Of a DNA stretch of 64,000 bases, positions 50,001-55,800 are shown one piece after another (position 1 is the stretch's first letter; each line of letters opens with the position of its first letter). Below the pieces are notes generated by a model. That model was not told where the DNA came from. It saw only the letters and a program-made list of their open reading frames with translations, and did not search any database. Position numbers and translations under genes: made by a program. The stretch spans positions 4,117-68,116 of the forward strand of contig JAZRYC010000046.1 of assembly GCA_045600525.1 (NCBI GenBank). Reading direction: 5' to 3'. This stretch comes from Bacteroidales bacterium (GTDB lineage: Bacteria > Bacteroidota > Bacteroidia > Bacteroidales > WCHB1-69).

Positions 50001-50941
50001 TAGTCGTGACCGTTTTGACTGGTGGTCCAACCGAGGAAGACATAGCCATCACGAGTAGGAGCGGTCAGGTTATCGTTGGTATAGTTGTTATAATAAGGTA
50101 TTGTAAAGGAACCGTCGTCAGGTGCTCCTTCATAATTCAAATCTCTGGTAACCAAAAGGGTGAGTGTTTCATAAGTGATAATGATGGCACCATTAGCACC
50201 ATCACCTCCGGTTTTATTTGAGCTCATTATACCCGTACGACAAGCACCACCGCCGCCGCCGCCATAATCTGAACCGTCATTACCATTACCAGCAGAATTA
50301 TATCTTCCAGCTCCACCATTTCCTGAATGAGAACTAACGCCCGTATGTCCTTGTCCTGCGGCACCTGCGGCTGAAGTTGTTCCATTCCCGCCAGCGCCAC
50401 CAGCAGAAGAAGGACCAGCAGCACCGCCGCCGCCACCAGAGCCATACTTACTGCTTGACGTACCATTACCACCTTTACCGCCCTGATTACCTGTACCTTT
50501 ATTTACGGTACCGCCATCTGCACCCGTTGTTGAAGTGCCGGGTGATTTTCCGCCCCCCGCTGCAGCATAGGCAGAGGCTTCATTGGAAGATGAAAAGTAA
50601 GTGTTTCCACCGCCGTTGCCTCCAGTACCGCCAGCACCAACATGAATATTAAAAGTTGAGCCCGGTATCGTAGTGATGTCGGAATTGTAAGCAGCGTATG
50701 CGCCACCGCCACCGCCACCAGCTCCCATTCTAGCATTGGTACTACCACCACTACCACCGGCTCCCCAGCATTCCACTTTTGTAATTTTCAAAGCTCCAGC
50801 AGGCACCGTCCAAGTGCTTGTAGAGGTTGATGTGATTGTTGTTGTTTGGGTTTGTTTTAACGGATAGGTCTGCGCGGATATTTTATAGAGTGGCAGGCTT
50901 AAAAGCAAGACTAAAACAAAAAAGGTAAAACTTTTTTTCAT
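44069..50941 (-). CDS. Giant (2290 aa) secreted multidomain protein, probable surface adhesin or carbohydrate-binding protein
   Basis: This is an uninterrupted 6.87-kb ORF. It has an SPI-type signal peptide (MKKSFTFFVLVLLLSLPLYKISA/QT). The domain order I read from the translation is: Gly-rich domain (aa 57-255), Listeria/Bacteroides repeat (aa 262-333), Cys-framed beta modules, two paralogous modules of about 200 aa, an HYR-like module (aa ~2000-2092) and a FISUMP domain (aa 2098-2290). Confidence 0.9.
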   Translation of the reverse strand: MKKSFTFFVLVLLLSLPLYKISAQTYPLKQTQTTTITSTSTSTWTVPAGALKITKVECWGAGGSGGSTNARMGAGGGGGGAYAAYNSDITTIPGSTFNIHVGAGGTGGNGGGNTYFSSSNEASAYAAAGGGKSPGTSTTGADGGTVNKGTGNQGGKGGNGTSSSKYGSGGGGGAAGPSSAGGAGGNGTTSAAGAAGQGHTGVSSHSGNGGAGRYNSAGNGNDGSDYGGGGGGACRTGIMSSNKTGGDGANGAIIITYETLTLLVTRDLNYEGAPDDGSFTIPYYNNYTNDNLTAPTRDGYVFLGWTTSQNGHDYLSTSNQCQNTDNYTIYAQWLYTGSISGVTNISPCALFAVENQVPANISNDVNFTYNWYLKKNGTLTGDSFESNAPTLASGSFTATNPDIYSVVRYVKIGSNEYASNGEYHIEVTFNSGNIEDIDTTIAPGTPISINGSEVSNSEYFWTHNGDIVPGATNQNLSIAENTLCSGNHTYLRYAKTNGCAMDSIASENEYLITVADVQPGKISSSDIYTCLAGSFSVQNVTEASITPNKTISYKWTYTKDGGEETAIANSDVASLDNSLLDIQTLGAGTYILKRYAKVACSDWFVSEGSATIYAVELPSKYDAPTPNYDEFCVGGKVLISKGNWHLDESLGFYATPSEYHWMIAQNADPAALVSNNENLSQELTAEGLYTIGVDLFYFNQTVCKVSTDPIQVTVVADPTLTAPTVSTASICPSNEVTLTSQSIENGIQAGAGSTFNYTWEFKDEVSDWDTISANEASYDTYHNNVILASNYKTTGDLQYRVYVSNDRGCDVYSDPVNLNVISLAVPIVRGDTTVCPETGKTISFKATATDPSFSLRWYETETSSNYVTSTPSVSMDYELDTTNYVAQYNPEDGCVSARVPDAIYITYSAHLQYVDASGDLIQTVCQNDVVEDILFYHGGDCEPLITFSPYMPDGITIDNSIAGETRITGAPAVAGTFTYHVALLPNENTKCAAPNSFDGTITVHPTYNITDVQSLCAGNSYTVSDQHGTSHTYNTTGVYIIDDLKSVNGCDSIVTLDLYIQEWNQFGFEENETLLAGWTSFSNVSSPISADVNGSMPGSTISYSDWNGSNITSDNLSSSSSLIPASGNSLGLINGVMEGSLFSPDLRMNNGKNIIIHTSTKDYANIKLRFDYGIERLTTGDNDHGFTNLTFAYSTDNVTYHSCATKMITMEGSDRVDGSYELNLSEKSSKAIDDNNDLYIKITFDGAAKSTFGYLSEWTKYSLLDNICISGHKAIDEITISAETIVCTNQGSALMATPPYVNTDVTPNETTPVNYNWERIHNGVSTLLDAHDYYLTDEDDIPTGDFQYVVSVGNGTCIVSDTLDMVGIAPAYRLDIERHGYVCANEVDQVSNITFTDECEYIPGMFIITPKADEMRQPGLYECQLSIPSESNPCDSVITLWLDVRKAFDTTIVAYICLGESYTDYGFNFTPTEEGVEYLTSPADWQCSTGCDSVYRVTLITNSVQQILSSESNVTLVAWDMNTGTNNFQPTCGIRTSGANFSVYNTSEFNNVTGYAPSSDYCYSTDGANGALQWANLSSTCSGFLNEPSYTYYDGVYFEIKLVPENYNNLNLKFDYKRDNNNGGAAFNNVNYSYKFAASDSYTYLGSKTINGTSWSTAEFDLSSLSSLNEDELFIKLEFTGGSAGNTQSCGTLKGSKYLPSYITIDNLMVSGDRPALTTLDATAQTCNASYVCEGTDVTFTCQGDDDYLKFFLVNETTSEETPFNGTTELTITPDATADYTIKAVDQITHCDSSWTFHVEVVKMPVITLTRGSLDLGICGNTMIDNEFVISNAVSYTLTWLTDGNVIPAGVVIDNEREDTISLSGTLSDDLFARYLVEAEPDTRCASTPLQKIGLITMRKQPIWIQTIGTDTVCQGTDMQFKLDTTALNFALVPEANRVIWSTEDGPIISSTDTSFFTLDYMADETTHSKMHYLTVNQNGCTTVDSFNIVVYNLTDDNLECTSASYNVNFGEPFLHADSLVVPPVIHNGDTLPNTMISSVLYRRTNMEDWHLPTDSVFIPSTDNPNTTIYWQVTDVCGNTHECSQNIMLNLPPCGEGELSVTDYDGNEYSTVRIGFNCWLKQNLKSTHYSDGEPIPNARPYYATNNSDTTQNALVFGRLYSWYDAARIPQGTTTPSTSPIQGACPEGWYLPTEEQFNTLVYIDALTLRSPDYWLLNPGTNETDFSMLPSGFYNDAKARCENLLGRAYFWTCDETNNTIAKSFMADCNCYMLQEILSSKSLGYSVRCVKGK
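44072..44650 (-). other. C-terminal FISUMP (Fibrobacter succinogenes major paralogous) domain of the giant protein (aa 2098-2290)
   Basis: VTDYDGNEYSTVRIGFNCWLKQNL...GRLYSWYDA...CPEGWYLPTEEQFNTL...GRAYFWT...GYSVRCVK matches the TIGR02145-type signature order. Confidence 0.75.
45806..46414 (-). repeat. Paralogous module B of the giant protein (aa 1510-1712)
   Basis: NLNLKFDYKRDN..FNNVNYSYKFAASDSYTY..AEFDLSSL..ELFIKLEFTGG..ITIDNLMVSG has the same motif order as module A. Confidence 0.6.
47129..47755 (-). repeat. Paralogous module A of the giant protein (aa 1063-1271)
   Basis: NIKLRFDYGIER..FTNLTFAYSTDNVTY..YELNLSE..DLYIKITFDGA..LLDNICISG aligns by eye to module B. Confidence 0.6.
49943..50158 (-). 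other. Listeria/Bacteroides repeat (InlB-B/Flg_new-type) in the giant protein (aa 262-333)
   Basis: The sequence ...NLTAPTRDGYVFLGWTTSQNG...NYTIYAQW matches the P..GY.F.GW....LYA.W signature. Confidence 0.7.
50177..50773 (-). other. Glycine-rich domain of the giant protein (aa 57-255)
   Basis: The sequence begins VECWGAGGSGGSTNARMGAGGGGGGAYAAY...GAGGTGGNGGGN...GSGGGGGAAG...YGGGGGGA...GGDGANGAIIITY. About ten G-runs are separated by short polar linkers. Confidence 0.7.
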
Positions 50942-51032
50942 ATTTAATTATTATTCATCATTTAATAATTCAACAAAACCCTACCGCAGAATTTTAATTA
51001 ACAATTCTGTTTTTACTTTGTTGAAAAGTCGG

Positions 51033-51040
51033 CAAAAATA
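51033..51040 (-). promoter_or_regulatory. -7 box for the giant gene
   Basis: The minus strand reads TATTTTTGCCGAC. The implied leader is about 85-90 nt. Confidence 0.45.
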
Positions 51041-51073
51041 CATTTTTTATTTATATGATTTTTTACAAAAAAT

Positions 51074-51102
51074 GATTTTTCAACATTATTTGTTGAAAAA
51101 TC
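51074..51102 (-). terminator. AT-rich hairpin after nrdG (also copies 2 and 3 of the TGTTGAAAA motif)
   Basis: GATTTTTCAACA-ttatt-TGTTGAAAAATC. On the minus strand it is followed by ATTTTTTGT. Confidence 0.45.
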
Positions 51103-51127
51103 AATATTTTAAATAAATTAATAAATG

Positions 51128-51610
51128 TTAATATTTCTTGTACATACGTTCGGTGATGTCTGTCAATTCATCTCCTTCTACGCGGTAGAGGCGTTGGTTG
51201 GTGGTTTTAGATTTCAAACCTCCTTTTTCGGGAATGTATGGACCCAATTTGATGTAATTGAAAAAATCTTGTAAAGACGGTGTGCATACTGTCTCTACAA
51301 TGGTGGGCAATTTATCGCGTCCAGAATACCAAGCGGTCTTCAAATGGGCGTGTCGTCGCACATGTTGCAGCAGTTGTAAAACAGTCTGTGGTTCTGCATC
51401 GCCACCCATCAGGCAAACACAAGTGATGAGTGATTTGTATTTGGAAATAAGGGAATCCAAGACCTCTTCGGTCAGCGGGTTGCCGATATCCTGCCACAGA
51501 TGCGGACTATGGCAGCCATTGCAATGATTCGGACAGCCCGTAATGTTGATAGCCAGCGAAACCTCATCGGGGACTTCCTGGAAGACAATGTCGTAATTAT
51601 AATACTTCAT
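51128..51610 (-). CDS. nrdG: Anaerobic ribonucleoside-triphosphate reductase activating protein (radical SAM)
   Basis: The 160-aa product has the cluster motif GCPNHCNGCHSPHLW. It overlaps the nrdD stop by 14 nt. Confidence 0.9.
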   Translation of the reverse strand: MKYYNYDIVFQEVPDEVSLAINITGCPNHCNGCHSPHLWQDIGNPLTEEVLDSLISKYKSLITCVCLMGGDAEPQTVLQLLQHVRRHAHLKTAWYSGRDKLPTIVETVCTPSLQDFFNYIKLGPYIPEKGGLKSKTTNQRLYRVEGDELTDITERMYKKY

Positions 51611-53699
51611 GAGCGGCGTTGGCGTAATAACGGCGGTGTTCCTCCTCTTGGCGTGCTTCTGAGAAACTGCTTACTCGCTTCATGTAGCCGATGACGCGTG
51701 TCATATAATCTATGTCTTTGCTATGGCAGTGCGGACATTCTTTGAGATAACGTTTGTCGATATGTCCACATTCGTTGCAGATGGTATTGGGGATGTTGAA
51801 AGTGAAGTAATTACACCCTTCAACGGCGGCCACACGAAGTAATTGGCGATATTGTTCTTGGCTAAGATGTTCCTCTAAATTAAGATGTAGGGCGGAACCT
51901 CCAGTGAGATGTGTAATGTATTTCCTACCGTGCAGGCGGAACTTGTCAAGGACATTAATATTAGGATCCTCAACAATGTAGAAATAACTGTTGTAGCAGT
52001 CACGAGAGACATGATATCCGTCTTCGCGGTCCCATTTAGCATGTTTTACCCCCACATTTTCAGCAGGAATCATTTCGCAGTTGAAAAGAAGGTCTTTGCT
52101 TCTGTAACGTTTGTTGTATTGTTCGATCAAGCCAAGAATTTCTTCTACGAATGCTTGGTATTTGGGATTGTCGTTAATGGGGATGTTAAGATATTCGGCG
52201 GCTTCCACCAGGCCATTGATACCGATGGTCAGGTATTGTCTGGACATAGCGATATAGCCGGCATCAAACAGAGGTAGCATGCCTTTGTCGAGCAGATATC
52301 TGAGGTTCTCGTTATAGCAAATCTGCACTTTGTGGGTTAAATCCACCAATTCTTCCAAGAACTGCATATAGGGAATGTTGTTCTTGTTGGCATATTGGAT
52401 GCAGCGATTGAGGTTTATGGTGAGCACGCTTTTGGAACCCGTTGATACACCGCCGGCGCCAAGGGTATAGCTAAATCCGTTGTCTTGGATTTCATTACGC
52501 AGGCGGCAGCAGCTGCTGAGTGAATCTGCGTTGTCGCTGAGGTATGTGAAGAAGGAATGTCCAGCGGCATACATCTCGGCTGTGAAGTCGGCATATTCCT
52601 GATCCAACACGTCACCATCCTTAGACAGCAAGGCCATTGTTTCCACAGGGAAGGTGAGTATGGCGCGGGTACGTTCCTGATTGAACCAGCGCATGAAGCG
52701 TTTTTGTAGCCAGCTCAGAGAATTCCAGTCGGGTTGGCTGCCGTCAGGGAAATAGAAGTTGCCAAACAGGCTTTGAAAATAAAATTTATCGTAGTAGGCG
52801 ATATTCCAGAACACAGATTGGAAGTTCCTGGCTCCGGAAGGTTGGTTGATTGTGTAAACAACCTGTTCGAAACAGTCGGTAATGACTTTGTCGATGGTGC
52901 GTTGCTTTAAAGAGAGATCCACTATTTTGTCGGCGTGAAGATAATAGTCGGAGCCATATTCTAAGCCGATGAAGTAGTTCATATACATCAGGAATTCTGG
53001 TGTGGCGCAGGCACCACTGAGCATACTGGACACCATGAACACCATGTTGATGAATCCGCCGCAGAAGGATTTGAGGTTGGTGGGGCGGGATGCATTGCCA
53101 CCGATGCTTTGAGTACCATTCAGCAGCCAGGGGTACATGGTTACGCTGGCGCAGTAGTTGGCGATGCTGGTTTCGTCATTCTTATAGATAAAGTGATTGT
53201 TAAGATAGAATAGGTATTTGTCGGATAGTTCTTTGCCATAGAGGTCTTTAATACGGTCGCAGAGCATCCTGCGGTTGAGGCGGATGAAACTGGATTTTGG
53301 CAATTCGCCAATAAGGGTGGCAATGTTCTTTCGTTCCACATTGGCGTTGGCGTCGTATTTGCTTCCTGTGGCTGCGTTGCGGGCGTTGCAGTAATTGATG
53401 AGAAAGTCCATCTTATCCTTTACCTCGCGGTCCTCATAATGTTTTTGACGGTATAGGATGTAGGCTTTGGCCACTTCGTAGTAACGTTCGGCCATCAGTG
53501 ACTTTTCCACTTGGTTTTGGATGTCTTCCACCGCGATGCCATCGTATATGTTGAGTCGGCTGAGAATGTTGATCATGGCATCCTGAGAGGCAAAACCGCC
53601 TACGGAAATAAAGGCCTTGGCAATGGCGTTTCTAATTTTATCCATGGAAAACGGCTCACGTTTTCCGTTTCTTTTGATGATGTAGATGTCTTCAATCAT
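51597..53699 (-). CDS. nrdD: Anaerobic (class III) ribonucleoside-triphosphate reductase
   Basis: The 700-aa product has an N-terminal ATP-cone (IIKRNGKREPFSMDKI), a C-terminal Zn site (CNECGH...CPHCHS) and a glycyl-radical region (RVIGYMKRVS). Confidence 0.95.
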   Translation of the reverse strand: MIEDIYIIKRNGKREPFSMDKIRNAIAKAFISVGGFASQDAMINILSRLNIYDGIAVEDIQNQVEKSLMAERYYEVAKAYILYRQKHYEDREVKDKMDFLINYCNARNAATGSKYDANANVERKNIATLIGELPKSSFIRLNRRMLCDRIKDLYGKELSDKYLFYLNNHFIYKNDETSIANYCASVTMYPWLLNGTQSIGGNASRPTNLKSFCGGFINMVFMVSSMLSGACATPEFLMYMNYFIGLEYGSDYYLHADKIVDLSLKQRTIDKVITDCFEQVVYTINQPSGARNFQSVFWNIAYYDKFYFQSLFGNFYFPDGSQPDWNSLSWLQKRFMRWFNQERTRAILTFPVETMALLSKDGDVLDQEYADFTAEMYAAGHSFFTYLSDNADSLSSCCRLRNEIQDNGFSYTLGAGGVSTGSKSVLTINLNRCIQYANKNNIPYMQFLEELVDLTHKVQICYNENLRYLLDKGMLPLFDAGYIAMSRQYLTIGINGLVEAAEYLNIPINDNPKYQAFVEEILGLIEQYNKRYRSKDLLFNCEMIPAENVGVKHAKWDREDGYHVSRDCYNSYFYIVEDPNINVLDKFRLHGRKYITHLTGGSALHLNLEEHLSQEQYRQLLRVAAVEGCNYFTFNIPNTICNECGHIDKRYLKECPHCHSKDIDYMTRVIGYMKRVSSFSEARQEEEHRRYYANAAHEVL

Positions 53700-53744
53700 A
53701 GTTCATGTTTGTTGTCAATTGTTTATTGAATGGCAACGTTCAGG

Positions 53745-53955
53745 TACACAAAATCCTTTCGGACAAGTATGCTTTTATCCCGAAAGCTACATTTTGGAGA
53801 TAGGCAGGTCTTCTGGCTTGTTTCTCGCAAAGACGCCTTCCCAACAAAAAGAATTTGTCAGTGGCCTAATGTCTATGCGAATGTAAAAACTTCACAGCTA
53901 CGGGAATAGCTCCTGATTTTCACAGGATTCCCATTTAATCTATAGGAACCTATAT
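53745..53955 (-). promoter_or_regulatory. Cobalamin (B12) riboswitch in the nrdDG leader
   Basis: The minus strand reads ..AUAGG..UUAAAUGGGAAUCCUGUGAAAAUCAGGAGCUAUUCCCGUAGCUGUGAAG...GCCACUGACAA..UUGGGAAGGCG...AAGCCAGAAGACCUGCCUAU. This contains the GGGAAUCC.GUG.AAAUC.GGAGC core, the GCCACUG element and the B12 box (plus coordinates 53803..53818), closely paralleling the E. coli btuB leader. A hairpin plus U-tract follows at 53756..53786 (CUUUCGGG..GUCCGAAAGGAUUUUGUGU). Confidence 0.85.
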
Positions 53956-53962
53956 CCGGCGA

Positions 53963-53970
53963 CAAAAATA
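53963..53970 (-). promoter_or_regulatory. -7 box for the riboswitch-nrdDG transcript
   Basis: The minus strand reads TATTTTTGTCGCC, immediately 5' of the riboswitch. Confidence 0.5.
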
Positions 53971-54079
53971 GAATTATTTCATCATACGCTTATCAAAGTC
54001 GTCTTCCATTTTATAAACAACTTTATCCGTTTATTTAGAATGGAAAATGAAATTTGTCGCTGTCAATGTTGATAAAATT

Positions 54080-54123
54080 ATCAACGTCCAAGTTAGGCTT
54101 CATTGTATAACTTGGACGTTGAT
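54080..54123 (-). terminator. Perfect 15-bp inverted repeat downstream of the dipeptidase gene
   Basis: ATCAACGTCCAAGTT-(14 nt)-AACTTGGACGTTGAT. The minus strand continues AATTTTATC. Confidence 0.5.
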
Positions 54124-54155
54124 GAGACGAGGGAGAAACTTTTGGGAAAAGATTG

Positions 54156-55757
54156 TTAGAAGCCTGTCCAGAATTGTTCCCACATTTTGCCTTCCATTTC
54201 CTGCCATGTCTGTCGTGTGGCACCGGCGAAATCCGAGGTATATTGGTTCAGTTTGGTTTGCGCCTCTTCCTTCTTGTTTGCATTCAACAGGTCAATCACT
54301 TGTTTCTCAAGGGCGGGAAGTTCTTGGAAAGCCTTGTCTTCGTATCTTTTAATGTTATTGTAGAACATTTGTTTGGTGAGTCCCCATTTAACTTGGCCGA
54401 GTTTGTTGGCTTTGCGGTAGTGCCATAAAGCAGCTTTTTCATTGTAACGGAAATGTCCGCAAATGTCGAATCCAGCCGGCATTTTAGTGGCACCTGCATA
54501 AATGGGGATGCGCGGACTTTGGCCGGGATTTTCAAATGAGAACCAGCAGAGAGCCCCAACCTCGTCGGGCAGCCAGTCGCGGCATTGCGTGATAAAGGAA
54601 TAGGAGCACCACGACATGGCTACGCCACGGTAGAAGGTCACGGTGCCGGGTTTGAGCATGTTGTACATGGCACGTTCGTTGCCATCCATCCATGGGTTGG
54701 CGTTGGGGCATACGACGGTATCAGTGACAATTTCTCCGTCCACTCTTCGTTTACGGGGATAGAGTAGGTTCTGGGTTTGGTCAAGTTCAGGGGAGCCCTC
54801 GTAGTTGGCACGGAAGAGTTCCATTACCTTGCGTACATCGACTTTTTCATCTGGTTTGACAGAGAATGGCAGTTCGTCGGCATCCATTGATAGATGCATG
54901 GAGGGAGCTAACTCATTGAAAATATACCATTCGCGTTCTTTGAAGTTTTTGTTTCCGCTATAGGAAGAGGGGAATGCCTTCCACCAGACAAAGTCGCCTT
55001 GGCCGTCCCATAGTCCATATTTCTTCGCAACTTTTTCAATATTGTCGGAAGCCATGAAGAAGTCTTTGTTTTTGCGGTCGATTTTGCCGATGCGGGCCAC
55101 ATTGCAGCTTACAGCCACATGGTCGTCAGGAACGCGTTGCGCCACCCAGATGCCTCCGATATGGTCAGGTCCTTCGCCCAGGATTTCAAATTGCCACACT
55201 TCTTTTTTGTCGGCAATGGTGAGACATTCGCCGCCGTCGCCATAGCCGTATTGGGCTACGAGTTCGCCTATGAGGCGGATAGCGTCGCGGGCGTTGTCAC
55301 AACGTTGTAATACGATGCGCTCAAGTTCTTCTATGAGGAACATTCCCTTTTCATTCATCAGGGTGTCGGGTCCGGAGAAAGTACTTTCGCCAATGGCTAA
55401 CTGCTTTTCGTTGAGACATGGGTATGCCGTGTTTAGGTAGGCGTAGGTGTGTGCGGCTTCTGGAATTTCGCCAGCCAAGGTCATTCCTTCCATGCTTTTG
55501 GGGGTCTCGGTGTGCATGGTGCCTTTATATACTTTGTGCATTTCTTCCTCTTTATGGTCGGCGGCGGGTTCCATGGTAACCCATGTGCGGTATTTGCTGT
55601 CGCAGGTATGGGAGGTTATGACGGAGCCGTCGGTGCTGGCATTGCGTCCTACCATGATGGAGGTGCAGTTTGCCCCCACGAGTTCTATTTCCTGACCATA
55701 GGAGAGTAAGGCCAGTATGCTGAAACATACAATGAAAAGTGAAATTTTGATTTTCAT
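54156..55757 (-). CDS. C69-family dipeptidase (secreted)
   Basis: The 533-aa product has a signal peptide and then the nucleophile context GANCTSIMVGRNASTDGSVITSHTCD. Confidence 0.88.
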   Translation of the reverse strand: MKIKISLFIVCFSILALLSYGQEIELVGANCTSIMVGRNASTDGSVITSHTCDSKYRTWVTMEPAADHKEEEMHKVYKGTMHTETPKSMEGMTLAGEIPEAAHTYAYLNTAYPCLNEKQLAIGESTFSGPDTLMNEKGMFLIEELERIVLQRCDNARDAIRLIGELVAQYGYGDGGECLTIADKKEVWQFEILGEGPDHIGGIWVAQRVPDDHVAVSCNVARIGKIDRKNKDFFMASDNIEKVAKKYGLWDGQGDFVWWKAFPSSYSGNKNFKEREWYIFNELAPSMHLSMDADELPFSVKPDEKVDVRKVMELFRANYEGSPELDQTQNLLYPRKRRVDGEIVTDTVVCPNANPWMDGNERAMYNMLKPGTVTFYRGVAMSWCSYSFITQCRDWLPDEVGALCWFSFENPGQSPRIPIYAGATKMPAGFDICGHFRYNEKAALWHYRKANKLGQVKWGLTKQMFYNNIKRYEDKAFQELPALEKQVIDLLNANKKEEAQTKLNQYTSDFAGATRQTWQEMEGKMWEQFWTGF

Positions 55758-55800
55758 ATTTGTAATTGTAAAAATGACTGATGATTATGGTGATTGAATT

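Noticed and set aside
50227-50757. Several 80-90-aa ORFs on both strands lie inside the glycine-rich coding region of the giant gene.
   Set aside because: These are alternative-frame readings of GGN/GCN repeats, which give poly-A/V/L/P/H strings. They are artefacts of the repeat composition.
50915-50941. A7 and T6/T7 homopolymers lie at the 5' end of the giant gene (ATGAAAAAAAGTTTTACCTTTTTTG), which raised the possibility of a phase-variation switch.
   Set aside because: The tracts are shorter than typical slipped-strand contingency tracts. They simply encode the Lys/Phe-rich signal-peptide start that is common to many genes here.
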